64,000 nt of DNA from Octopus sinensis (taxonomy: Eukaryota). The translations under genes and the position numbers were made by a program. How positions within the stretch are numbered: the stretch's first letter is position 1; every line of letters starts with the position of its first letter. The stretch covers positions 207,018,001 to 207,082,000 of the forward strand of contig NC_042997.1 in assembly GCF_006345805.1 (NCBI RefSeq), read 5' to 3'. The notes below the pieces were generated by a model. That model was not told the origin of the DNA. It did no database searches and saw only the letters and a program-made list of their open reading frames with translations. Positions 1 through 12,309 of this stretch are shown piece by piece.

Positions 1-790
1 GGGAGCAGAACCTATCAACTACTTCTAGTTTCTTACCTTGGCATGTGATGGAATCTGTTTTCTGAACATCTTCGGTGTTTATTGCACCTGTGCATCAGCT
101 GCACACAAAAACTATCTTCCTGGTTAACTTTTCTTTGATATTGCTGCACCTCTTATGTGTCCATAGCTTACTCTGAGTACATCTTATGGAGTTTCTACCA
201 CTGCTTTTTCTACAGATCGAGCAGGGCCAATTACCTGAAGGGGTTTGTGCATTGTCTGCTTTCCTACTTACTAGGACTTTGGGTTTTACTACATTGACTT
301 TAAGGCCCGTCAGTTCTAGACCTTGCTTCCATACCTGGAACTTCATTTCTAGTTCTGGCAGTGGCTCAACAATTAGAGCAAGATCATCAGCATAGAGAAG
401 TTCCCAGGAGAAGCCTGTCTTGAATTCCTCTGTTATTGCCTGGAGGACTATAATGAATAAGAGGGGGCTGAGCACTGATCCTTGGTCAGCCCCTACTTCT
501 ACCTGGAATTCTTCACTATACTCATTGTTACCAACCTTCACATTATTGACAGCATCTCTATACAAGGTCTGTACAGCTCTTACGAACCACTTGTCAATCC
601 TTAGTTTCCCTATTGCCCAACAGATAAGGAATCAGGGGAGCCTGTCAAAGGCTTTCTCCAAGTCAACAAAAGCCAAGTACAGATGTTTATCTTTGGCTAG
701 GTACTTCTCCTGCGGTTGCCTTACCAGAAATATAGCATCAGGGGTGTTTTTCCCTGGCACAAAACCAAACTGCGTCTCATATACAAAATA
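1..790 (-). mobile_element. RTE-clade LINE, decayed reverse transcriptase fragment
   Basis: Minus-strand frames give QFGFVPGKNTPDAIFLVRQ..YLAFVDLEKAFDR, VGADQGSVLSPLLF and LLYADDLALI. These are non-LTR RT motifs of RTE type, with frameshifts. Confidence 0.9.
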
Positions 791-799
791 ATATATATA

Positions 800-2033
800 C
801 AAAATAATTGGACAAAATAATGGAAACACCTTAAAGTTTCAAACAAATTTATTTTAATATGGGGCAGGACAGCCTTTGCCAGCAATTAGAGCTTGAATTC
901 TATGATGTATGGACTCATACAAAGTTTGAATTTTCTCCAAAGGTATTTTTGTCCATTCTTCAGCTAAAACAGTCTCCAGTTCTTGTAGTGGTGGTGGTGG
1001 AGGATATCGACTCCTTACTTGTTTTTCTAAAATGCATCATAAATGTGCAATAATACTGAGATCTGAGGACTGTGGAGGCCAGAGAAGATGTTCAACTTCA
1101 CTAGAATGTTCCTCGTGCCATTCAGTAACAACTTTAGCTGTGTGAATTGGTGCATTATCATCCTGAAGGATTTCTTTTCACTCCAGAAACAGTTCTGCAA
1201 CCATAAGATGAATTTGATCAGATAAAATGCTTAAATAGTCTTGACTATTGATTCTGCCATGAAGGGAAACCATTGGGCCGGCGGATTTCCAAGATATAGC
1301 CCCCCCTCCCCATCATCACAGATCCTCCTCCATGTTTAACAGTTGGAAGAAGGCATTCTGGGTCAAATGCTTCTTTTGGCTGTCACCACACGTACACTCA
1401 GCCAGTGGTCAGAAATAAGGTAAAGGATGACTTGTCTAAGAAAATAACATTCTTTCACTGCTCTAGGGACCAATTCTGTAGGTTTTTACTCCTCTCTAAA
1501 TGCTTTGCAACGTTTGTTTTTGAAAGGATTGGTTTTCTGATTGCAGTCCTCGCATGAAATCTGGCTTTGTGTAGCTCCTAGCCAACTGTTTTTATTGAAA
1601 CTGGATTGTCAAGGTGGTCATTAAGCTCTGCAGTGATTTTGGGAGTTGTACTTCTGTGATCTTTTCTAACAATTCGCGTAAGAGTCAGACGGTCCCTATC
1701 TGAAAGTTTTGGTTTTCTTCCAGAGTTTTGTTTCAACGAGGAGGTTTTCCCCTCTTTTTCTAAGGGTATCATTACTTTTGAGGCAGTACTTCTTGATATG
1801 TCAAGCATTTCAGCTGTTTCTGTTATGCTAGTGCCTGTGATAAGAGCACCAATAATTTGACCTCTTTGAAAGTTCGATAGATCTGTCATTTTAAAACAGC
1901 AAATTTGTCAAAACATATTAAGCAACACTAATAATAAATCAAAAAACATAAAAATAAACAAGCTGTAGACGGTTTTATAGATATTTCAAAATTATGATGC
2001 TAGGTGTTTCCATTATTTTGTCCAACCCCTGTA
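800..2033 (-). mobile_element. Tc1/mariner DNA transposon with decayed transposase
   Basis: TIR ttggacaaaataatggaaacacct at 808-831 is exactly inverted at 2002-2025, followed by cccctg and TA (2032-2033). ORF 1578-1889 has the Tc1 HTH region (GRKPKLSDRDR). Downstream frames read KHGGGSVM, QDDNAPIHTA and WPPQSSDLSII (DD34E-type region). Confidence 0.9.
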
Positions 2034-2048
2034 TGTATGTATATATAT

Positions 2049-2413
2049 AACTTATTAATAAGGGCAAACGAAAAAATTTCTAATGCCAAATATGCCGAAA
2101 CTAGACATTGTCCATAACCATATAATTTATCACAATAAGCACGCTACTCGAAAAAGGTCGACAGAAATTTCTAAAAAATTAGAGTAAGTATTTCATTTAT
2201 TTCTTTGCCGCATTTATTACTGACGAAGGGAGGGTTCTTATGAACTAACCCTGAAATCAGTCCGATATAGTAATAACGGAATTTTGTAGAAATTTCTATC
2301 GACCTTTTTCGAGTAGCATGCTTATTGCGATAAATTATATGGTTATGGACAATGTGTCTAGTTTCGGCATATTTGGCATTAGAAATTTTTTCGTTTGCGC
2401 TTATTTATAAGTT
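2049..2413. mobile_element. Foldback element / MITE with ~130-bp terminal inverted repeats
   Basis: 2049-~2175 (aacttattaataagggcaaacgaaaaaatttctaatgcc...gaaatttcta) is a near-perfect reverse complement of ~2286-2413. The spacer is about 110 bp and there is no ORF. Confidence 0.85.
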
Positions 2414-2539
2414 GTTTATAAATTTAACCTTTAAAAGTATTTTTTTAATATGCTGGCCATTGATAAAATTTTTTTTGGAAAACATTTTATCCTACATTAG
2501 ATGTATATATATATATATATATATATACATGTCCCATCC

Positions 2540-3277
2540 CTTTCTCAGCCTTCATTCTTTGATTTCCTTTTCCTCTACTTAACTTGTCTCTCCCTCTCTC
2601 TCATTCTTCACTCTCTCTCCCCTCTCTCATTCTTCATGGTTTCCTCACAACCATTTCCCTTTCTTCTCTCTCTTTCTCTTGCTCCTCCTCCCCCTCCCGT
2701 CGCGACCCACGACGTGACTTCCGCTACTGTCTTTTCTAGCTTGACTTTCTCAAGGTGTGGACGGCAATTCTTTTTGCTCCGTTCGTCGTTCACAGAAATC
2801 AGCGTTCATAATACTTTTTTCGTTCGGCGTTAACAGCCCTTCTTATCTTGTTTTTCCTTGTCCTGTCTTTTACTGCTTATATTTTGTACTGTCGTTACTG
2901 TCCTGTTTTTGTTACCATTTTTACCCCTCTGCGAAAAGATCACAAATTTTAATTGATTTGCTTTTCGCAGGAAGGAAAGTTTCTTATCGAAGATACATTT
3001 CGCCTTCACCTTCGAAACGTAGAGTAGATGAAACCATGGCGACTGAAGAAGGGGTTTTTTCTTTGTGTTAATTGTCCTGTACTCTATTTTTTTGTTGTTT
3101 AAAAAAATGTCCAGTTCCTTGGGTTTGTGTCTATGTTTTCGTTTCTCATTGTGTTCGACATTTTTTTTGGTGTCCTGTACTCATATATGCATATATATAT
3201 ACATGTAGAGGTAGGTGCGTACATATATGTATATATATGTACATATGTTTTATTTATTAATATATATATATATATAG

Positions 3278-3338
<61 letters not shown>

Positions 3339-4330
3339 AATAAATGTAAAGAAAATGTAGATGGGAATAGAAATAAAAATAAAAACAAAATTAATAATAA
3401 TCAAAATAATTATAATAGAGAAACACATTGGAATTTTATAGAATACAAGGAGCATATAAAAAACACAGAAAATATATATAGAATAAAGAATAAAAATAAA
3501 AATAGGAATATAAGGAAATATATAAGATTAAATGATAGGCAAAAATTAGATCCAATTATAAATAATAAAGATGATAACAATAATAGCGTAAATAAGGATA
3601 CGAGAAATAATAATATAAACACAGATAAAAATAAAATAATTTGGTTGATAGTACCTTATGGGATCCAGATTAAAGATAATATTATAAAAGAAATCACTAA
3701 AACAATAGAATCATTTATTATAGAAACATATTTTCTAAAAATAATATAGGAGTAGGATATACTACTACTAATAATGTAAGGAATATTATTTCATCACTAA
3801 ATAAATATAAGTTGAATGAATATTGCAATAATAAATTAAATAATTATTCCAATAACATTGGTAGAGACTACAAAAATTGCAATTGTAGGGACAAAAATTA
3901 TTGTAAATTTAAAAACAAATGTAACTTAATGGATGTAGTATATAAATGTGTGGTTTCTTTAAAGGAAGATAGGAATGACCAAAGCAAAATAAATAGTAGG
4001 AATATTGAAGTAAGCTCAGACAGGACATACATAGGTTCAACATCGAATAAAATTAAACAAAGAATAGCGCAGCATTTGCACTCATTTAAAATTAAGAAAT
4101 TAATGAACTCGACAGGCTTACATTTGGAGCCTAAAATCTAAAGAAATTAAATATAAACTAAAGTGGGGGAAAATAAGGAAAACGAAATCGTATAGAATAG
4201 GGAATAAGTTCTGTCTGTTGTGTACTCACAAATTTATGCAGATTTTATGGGCTAAAACAACATTGCTCAATGCGCAGAATGAAAGAAAAATTAATTGCAA
4301 ACATAAGCTGAAATCTTTAATCACTAAGTT
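2540..4330 (+). mobile_element. AT-rich decayed Penelope-like element (terminal-repeat-like segment plus GIY-YIG endonuclease remnant)
   Basis: ORF 3812-4141 reads NCNCRDKNYCKF..CNLMDVVYKC..TYIGSTSNKIKQRIAQHLHSFK, a GIY-YIG motif with the PLE-type Cys linker. Assigning 2540-3180 as a pseudo-LTR is inference. Confidence 0.65.
3261..3335. repeat. (TA)n microsatellite
   Basis: Direct reading of a long TA run. Confidence 0.95.
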
Positions 4331-4419
4331 CTGATTCTCAAGTAAATAAACAAAAATTAATTGTAAGAAATTAAAACTTAGTTATAGCCTTTGGATCAAA
4401 ATTACTATTATATACCATT

Positions 4420-6990
4420 CATCATCATCATCATCATCATCATCGCTTAATGTCCGTTTTTCGTGCTAGCACAGATTGGATGGTTCGACCGGGGTCTGGG
4501 AAGCCAGGAGCCTGCACCAGGCTCTAGTCTGATCTGGCAGTATTTCTACAGCTGGATTCCCTTCCTAATGTCAACCACTCCGTGAGTGTAGTGGTTGCTT
4601 TTTTCGTGCCACTGGCACAGAAGCCAGTCAAGGCGATGCTGGCATCAGCCACGTTCGGATGGTGCTTTTTACATGCTACCGGCACAGATATCACAACTAC
4701 AATTTCCATTTGATATTTATTTTGATGTTGATGCACTTGACTCAATAGGTCTCCTCAAGCACAGCAGGTCATGTGCCACCAGCACAGAAGCCAGTCAAGG
4801 CAGTGCTGGCATCAGCCACGTTTGGATGGTGCTTTTTATGTGCCACCGGCACAGGTATCATAACTGCAATTTCCGTTTGATATTTATTTTGATGTTGATG
4901 TACTTGACTCAATAGGTCTCCTGAAGCACAGCAGGTCACCCTTTGATCCAAGGTAAGCACAGCAGGTCGGTCTGCAATCGAAGGTACTTTGGATGGGCTG
5001 GGGCTATGCGAAACTGGTGCAGGAAACAGCCATGAACTCACATTATTTGTCGGTTCTTTGCAGTCATAGCATATCTCCAGAGATCTCGGTCTTTCGTCAT
5101 TGCCTCTGTGAAGCCTAACGTTTGAAGGTCATGCTTGACCACCTCATCCCATGTCTTCCTGGGTCTACCTCTACCCCGGATACCTTCAACTGTTTGGGAG
5201 TGGCACTTCTTCACACATCTCTCCTCATCCATCCACAGTACATGACCATACCAGCGCAAACGTCTCTCTTGCACACCACATCTGATGCTTCTTATGTCCA
5301 GCATTTCTCTCAGGATGCTTACACTCTGTCGAGTATGCACACTGACATTACACATCCAGCGGATCATACTAATTTCATTTCTTTCGAGCCTACGCATGTC
5401 TTCTGCAGTCACGGCCCATGTTTCACAACTGTGAAGCATAGCAGTTTGTAAAAATGTATCGTACAATCTACCTTTCACTCTGAGCGAGAGACCCTTTGTT
5501 GCCAGTAGGGGTAGGAGCTTTCTAAACTTTGCCCAGGCTATTCGTATTCTAGTGGTGATACTCTCTGAGCATCCACCTCCACTACTAACTTGGTCACCCA
5601 GGTAGCGGAAGCTATCAACTATTTCTAGTATCTCCCCCTGGAGTGTGATGTAATCTGTTTTCTGAGTATCTGTGGTGTCTATTGTCCCGCATGTGGTGTC
5701 TATCTGCCACGCATGAAAGCTATCTTCTTGGTTCATTTTCCTTTGATGTTGCTGCACCTCTTATGTGTCCATAGCTTACACTGGGTACATCTTATGGAGT
5801 TTCTACCTACACCTTTCCTACAGATCAGGCAGGGCCACCTACCGGGGGGGGGGGATGAGTTCGCCTTTCTGCTTACTATAACTTTGGTCTTTGCTACATC
5901 CCTTTGCTAAGGCCCTTTGATTCTAAACCTAGCTTCCACACCCAAAATTTCTTTTCTAGTTCCGGTAGTGGTTCTGCTATGAGGACCAGGTCGTCAGCAT
6001 AGAGGAGCTCCCAGGGGCAACCCGTTTGAATTCCTCTGTTATTGCCTGGAGGACTATGATGAATAGAAGGGACTAATGGCTGAACCTTGGTGGACCTCTA
6101 CTTCTACCCGGAATTCTTCACTATACTCGTTGCCAATCCTGACCTTACTTATGGTCTCTCTGTATAGGGCCTGTACAGCCCTTATCAACCATTCATCAAT
6201 CTCCAGTTTCCACATCGACCACCAGATAAGTGATTGGGGGACCCTGTCAAAGGCTTTCTCCAAGTCCACAAAAGCTAAGTAGAGGGGTTTATCTTTAGCT
6301 AGGTATTTCTCCTGTAGTTGTCAAACCAGGAATATGGCATCAGGGGTGCTTCTACCCGGAACAAAACCAAACTGCATCTCATCTAAGCAGACTCTCTCCC
6401 TAATGAGATGGACTATGACCCTCTCTGTGACCTTTATCACCTGATCCAGCAGTTTAATACCCCTGTAATTATTCCTATCTAGAGCATCACCTTTACCCTT
6501 GTAGCAGTTAACTATGGTGCTGCTATGCCAATCATTGGGTATGACTCCGTTATGTACTACCTGGTTTACAATGTGGGTGACTAGGCCAAAGCCCACACCA
6601 CCAGATGCTTTAAGCATCTCAGAAGTGATTCCTGATGGGCCAAGGGCTTTTCCTAGCTTCATACCTTTAATTGCTTTATCTACCAGGGAGCTGTCTATTG
6701 GGATAGCTGGTCCCTCTACTGGGTCAAAATTTGGCAGGCTCTCCTCCTCTCATTCATTCTCCACATTCAGCAGTCTTTCATAATGGCTTCTCCAAGACTC
6801 TTTCTTTTCAGAATCACTAAAAGCAAGTGCACCATCATCCATTCGAGCACATTTCTCTCCCGTGACATCACAATTTTCTCTCACACACTGTCTTGCAATC
6901 CGAAATACCTCAGTTCTTTGGTCCTCACGTCTCTTCTTTTCCGCTTCACTCTTGGTTATGTATACCTGTCTTGGCTATAGCCACATTAAA
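4420..6990 (-). mobile_element. RTE-clade LINE, 5'-truncated, with 3' UTR and (ATG)n tail
   Basis: Minus-strand frames give YRGIKLLDQVIKV, QFGFVPGRST, DLEKAFDRVP and the C-terminus ..RGRGRPRKTWDEVV. The 3' UTR carries a ~165-bp tandem duplication (~4605-4770 / 4771-4930). The tail reads (CAT)n on + at 4420-4443. Confidence 0.92.
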
Positions 6991-7911
6991 ATATAACATA
7001 TTATTTGGATAATTTCAGTTATGGTAAATTTAATTACATTTGTAGCTGTTCGTCACGTAAGATTAGTTTGAAAATTTATAAATTTTGATTTAGAGACGGA
7101 GTTTAAATTTTTATGAATAATAGGAGAAATATAGTTATTAAACATATAGAAATATAGTTATTAAACATATTAAACATATTGAATTTACATAATTACATAA
7201 ACACATAATAACTGAAATTTCTATGAATCATGAAATATCTGAATCATGAGTATAAAGAAAAAACTTATTACTTGAATATCAGGAAAGATAGATGTTCAAT
7301 CATGAGACTGGCAGGTGGAATTAAAAAAATTAAAAAATGAGGGAAAAGATAGATTATTCCCATAATACATTTACTTCCAGTTCCCCTGACAGTATTATGC
7401 TAATTATTGGGTAGTTTTATTGTGTACCATTAATACACGCCAAGTATATATAGGAATAAATATTTTCTAAGAACCTTATAATATAAATTAAAATCAACTC
7501 AAATAACATCGGAATTTTTAAGAATAGTTTCAACGGTTTTGACAAGATGGAGACATATATTAGTTTTGATAGGCGTAAACTGAAAAACATAAGTCAACAC
7601 TCAATTTGTTTGTAATTTTTACTTTTTACATTCTATTTTTAATTTTATTATATTAATTTATTAATTTTTTTCGTATTTTTATTCGTATTCTTCTTGTAAT
7701 TTTTATCCGGATTTATTCACATATTTTTTCATTTGTATATTTTTTTAGTCGTATTTCATATCCATTTTTATTCCTTAAATTGTTTATGTCTTAAATTTAT
7801 AAGGTTCATGAATTTATTTATTTACTTATTTTTACTTATATATATGTATATTTGTATTTTAACTAACATAGTGATATATAAGGGGTAGATATACTTATTA
7901 ATGTGGGTGAA

Positions 7912-8013
7912 GTAGACCTGACGATTGGGGTTGCGTAAACATAATGAGTTTTTGAAAGAGACTGTGTGTCTTAATAACACTAAATGCACACTCATGAAAC
8001 ACGTGTAGTCTGT
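7912..8013 (+). ncRNA. Type I hammerhead ribozyme motif (Penelope/retrozyme-like), stem II imperfect
   Basis: agac-CTGACGA (7918-7924) ... GAAAC (7996-8000), palindromic stem III ACACGTGT, GTA cleavage triplet (8005-8007), then gtct closing stem I. Distal stem II is atgagt/actcat. Confidence 0.6.
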
Positions 8014-8316
8014 AATATGGAAAATTTTCGAATTATGAATAAAAATATTAAGTATAATGTATAATATTCTATGGCATGGTTGAGTGAATAACTTTCAGAG
8101 TTGATGAAATTGTGGGTATATATATATATATATATACATACGACTGAGGAAAGAAAACTCTGAATGGCCCGTCCTTGTTCGTTCTTGTCCTTGTTTTGTA
8201 TCATCTGTCTGGATGTTTTGCATTCTTGTCCCATTTTTTGTATTTCTCTCTATATACATACATACATATATATATACATGTATATGTTATATATATGCAT
8301 ATGTTTATTTTATTTA

Positions 8317-8352
<36 letters not shown>

Positions 8353-8576
8353 AGTAGTTGAATGAATTATCTTATTAAGGATAATTGGAAAGATAACCGA
8401 TACCTGGGTAGCAAATTCACATCAGAAAGAACACGGTTGAAGTTACGTCCCTTGGGCATAGACTACGTGCTTTCGTGCAGAAATTTGTATGTTTATTTTA
8501 AAAATATATTTTAAAAATATAAGTTTATGAGAGCAGCCAGCTAAAAGTTTTTTGTGCATTTTGATGTCAACATAAG

Positions 8577-8675
8577 TTCCTTGCCTTTCCTGATGAGAAA
8601 TCTGCATAATGTACTCCTTATTCCTTCGGAATTAGGAATATGCAGCCTTCAAAACATATGTCGAAAATAAAGGAA
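8577..8675 (+). ncRNA. Type I hammerhead ribozyme motif with one core substitution
   Basis: Stem I is ttcctt..tttc / gaaa..aaggaa. CTGATGA lies at 8590-8596. Stem II is gaa/ttc plus ctgcata/tatgcag with an inner hairpin around ttcg. The core reads cAAAAC instead of cGAAAC. Stem III is palindromic ACATATGT and the GTC triplet ends at 8662. Confidence 0.7.
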
Positions 8676-8726
8676 ATTTGTTAACAAGTCGTTCAACTCC
8701 ATTCTTTCATAAACTTATATATATAT

Positions 8727-9302
8727 AAGGAAATGACCAGCGACCGAGACCTTTGGAAATATGCTGTATGTAAGAAGACCAAGCAGGACAAGTGAGCCCA
8801 GCCCACTTATGAATGCCTTTCCTCCCTTGGACACAAAGACCTGTTGTGGCAAGCGAAGTCGATATAGAACCTCATCCAACAACAGGCACCCATGCCAACC
8901 CCCTTTGCTTGCGAAGACATGTTGGGGCAAGTGAAATCGAAATCAAATTGAACCAGCCAGGACCCCTGGACTGGTGGTACGTAAAAAGCACTATCCAACT
9001 CGTGGCCGATGCCAGCGCTGCCTAGACTGGCTTCCGTGCCGGTGGCACGTAAAATGCACCAATCCGACCGTGGCTGTTGCCAGCCTTGCCTGGCACCTGT
9101 GCAGGTGGCACGTAAAAAGCACCCACTACACTCACGAAGTGGTTGGCGTTAGGAAGGGCATCCAGCTGTAGAAACATTGCCAGATAAGACCGGAGCCTGG
9201 TGCAGCCTTCTGGCTTCCCAGATCCCTGGTCGAACCGTCCAACCCATGCTAGCATGGAGAACGGACGTTAAACGATGATGATGATGATGATGATGATGAT
9301 GA
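8727..9302 (+). mobile_element. RTE LINE 3' end (ORF C-terminus, 3' UTR, (GAT)n tail)
   Basis: Reads EMTSDRDLWKYAV..*, then gtgccaccggcac-type UTR motifs shared with 4430-5040, ending acggacgttaaac(gat)n. Confidence 0.85.
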
Positions 9303-9949
9303 TATATATATGAATATAAAATTGAATATGGGTCAACAAGAAGGATTACAGTTTGACAGGTATTTTCTAATCACTAAACATGTCTCCATACAACATAATT
9401 CTTCACATATACAAGCATCTGCTTATTTGATTATGCATCAGTTTACCTATATAATGGAATCCAGTTGTATTTTCTCAGGTGATATTCAATTTGCTGTCTC
9501 TGTCTCTGTTATAAAAGACCTTCCACTTCAATGCTAACACATCCAACTCCCTTGTTTGAATTTAGCTGATGCTGGCAGTCTCCTTCTGCTTTGCTGTTAA
9601 CATGCTTCTGTATGCCTGCTATGAGTGATATCGGATGATGTATTGGGTGTCCATGTTGCTACTGTCTGATTTTCAATCTCTTCCTCATGTGGAATTTTAT
9701 TATCTGCCCTTCAGTATTCAATGGTCCAGAGATATACAAAGCCTCCCCCGCATATATTCATATATAGATACCCATATATACACACATATACACTCACAGT
9801 TACCTTCATGCATATACAATCATTTACGTATATATTCATACATATACATCTCTAGGCAACCCATACACACACATACATTCATTTACATATATGTGTGTAC
9901 ATAGATATATTTTTAGCCACTCCAATATATATACATATACATATGAGAA

Positions 9950-11030
9950 GATAAAGCTGGTAGGGATGGGGTTGGATGAGGTAATTAAAGTCACAGAAAG
10001 GGTCACAGCCCAACTAATTAGGGAGAGAGTTGTTTAGAGAAGATGCAGTTTGGGTTTGTGCCAGGGAGAAGCACCACTGATGCTATATTTCTGGTAAGAC
10101 AGCTGCAGGAGAAATACCTAGCCAAAGCTAAACCTCTGTGGTTTTTGTTGACATATAGAAAGCCTTTGACAGGGTCCCCCAATCCCTTATCTGGTGGTCA
10201 ATGAGGAAACTAGGGATAGATGAGGAGTTGTTGAGAGCCATACAAGCCCTGTACAGGGATGCTGTCAGTAACGTGAGGGTTGGCAACAAGCGAAGAATTC
10301 AGGATAGAAGCAGAGATTCACCAAGTCCTCAGCCCCCTCTTATTCGTCATAGTTTTCTGGGCAATGACAGGCTGCACCCAGGAGCTCCTCCTATGCTGAT
10401 GACCTTGTTCTAATAGCTGAGTCAATATCTGAACTAAAGATAAGGTTTCAGGTGTGAAAGCAAGGTCTTAAAATGAAAGGCCTTAGAGTCAACCTAGCAA
10501 AAACCAAAGTCTTAGTAAGTAGGAAGGTAGACAAATCACAAATCCCTTCAGGTAGATGGCCCTGCTCAATCTGTAGAAAAGGCATAGGTAGAAACTCCAT
10601 AAGATGTACCGAGTGTAAGCTATGGACATATAAGAGGTGCAGCAATATCAAGGGAAGATAGTTTTTGTGCGTGGAAGATGCACAGGTGCAATAAACACTG
10701 AAGATGTACAGAAAAGAAATTCTGTCACATGCCAGGATGAAAAACTAGAAGTAGTTATAGCTTCCATTACAAATCAGTGGTTGGAGTGGATGCTCTGAGA
10801 GTGTAGCGGTTAAAATAAGAATAGTTGGGTAAAGTTCAGAGAGCTCCTTCCTCTGCTGTTAACAAAGGTCCTCTCACTCAGGGTGAAAGGTAGACTGAAT
10901 GATTCCTGTGTCTGAACAGCCATGTGACATGGCAGTGAAACATGGCCCGTAACCGCTGAAGATATGCATAACCTTGCAAGAAATGAAGCTAGTATGATCT
11001 GCAAGATGTGTAATGTCAGTGTGCATAGAA
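9950..11030 (+). mobile_element. RTE LINE RT fragment with deletions
   Basis: QFGFVPGRSTTDAIFLVRQLQEKYLAK, KGLRVNLAKTKVL and WPCSICRKGIG. Homologous to the copies at 1-790 and 4420-6990. Confidence 0.88.
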
Positions 11031-11490
11031 GAAAGAATTGTTTAGAAAATGTGTATTTCGGTGAAGTTTGTCATACTAAATGGCATTATTTGATGGCATT
11101 TGTGTGGCTGTTTTATTGGAAAACATCTTTTTAAAGATTTTAAAGCTGAGAGGTGTGACTTTCAGATTTCATGGACATATGTTAGAACTCTGGTTTCTGT
11201 GAGTGAAATTAGCATTGTTCAATCAGGAATGCCATAACTTCTTTGCAGATATTCTCAAGACAAAACGATTTTGGCAAGTGCATTGGTCTATTTTAAAAAT
11301 AACTGGGTGAACTTTTGAAAAACTTTGGCTGTTACTTCTAGCATATCTGGACTGTTTGAAGGCTACATGTATTTCAGGTTTACATCAGGCATGTAAAGTG
11401 GATGTTTATGATGTGGATAGCACAGTATTGTTACATGGATGGTGAGTAACTTGTATTTGTTTAGCATTAAATTTTGGTTTTATTTTGCAG

Positions 11491-11688
11491 GAATATCTGC
11501 CTCGAATAAGGGAGGAGATGATGAGGGCAGAACGATATTGGTGTCAGGAGTCCCAACTGAATTCCGTTTGGAAGCCATTCAGTCTTATTTTGAGAACAAG
11601 AGTAGATCAAGTGGAGGACCTATTAAAGGAATCCCAGAACGGATCCAAGATTCTGGGAAAGTTATTATCACTTTTGAATCGGAAAAAG
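11491..11688 (+). CDS. PARP14-like gene, internal exon (RRM-like module)
   Basis: Acceptor tattttgcag|, donor G|gttag, 198 nt, phase 1-1. Encodes RTILVSGVPTEFRLEAIQSYFENKSRSSGGPI..KVIITFESEK. The YFEN..SGG motif is typical of PARP14/PARP10/NMI-type RRM-like domains. Confidence 0.85.
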
Positions 11689-12309
11689 GTTAGAAGAAAT
11701 ATTCTTTATTTCATGAAATCATTTACAGACATCATCATTGTCATCACTTAATATCTGTTGTCCATGCTGGCATGGGTTGGACAATTTGTATGTAATTACT
11801 GTGAACACATTAGATTAATATAAAGCAATGTTAAAAACCATCATCATCATCGTCATTTAACATTCATTTTCCATATTTGCTTGCATTGAATAGTTTGAGA
11901 GGATCTGGTGAACAGCATTGACCTCTAGGGTCAGCTTTGGCATGGTTTCTATTGCTCGGTGCCCTTCCTAATGCCAACCACTTTACAGAGTGGACTGGGG
12001 GCAATTTTCCTGCCGTCATTACGAGTGAGGTTGCCAAGTAATGTCCAAGACAGAAAAAAAAGGAAAAACACTCCTTCTACTAAATGGAGCGAGGAACCGA
12101 AAGGGCTATGTAGGGGTTATGCTAGGTGTTGAAAGGCTAAAGTACGATCAAGGAGGTACAATATAGAAATTGTAGAGCACATATTACGTATTTCAATAAT
12201 TGACCAGTTAATGATATTGAAACTGTAAGTCATGATTAGTATGGCTAAAGTATTGATTGCTTCAATCCTGTTTCTTGTATTCAACTCTGTCTTGAGTATT
12301 GCCCTTACC

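Noticed and set aside
2690-2830. CpG-rich patch as the host gene promoter or first exon
   Set aside because: It lies in a segment that appears to be the terminal repeat of the adjacent Penelope-like element. No linked donor site or start could be supported.
3005-3056. cGAAACgt followed by CTGAAGAagg as a permuted (type II) hammerhead
   Set aside because: Both core boxes are present, but I could not form stem I next to CUGAAGA and stem II pairing is weak. Left unsupported pending a covariance search.
7000-7900. AT-rich segment as a Penelope RT remnant
   Set aside because: There are only faint motif hints on the minus strand with many stops, too decayed to call.
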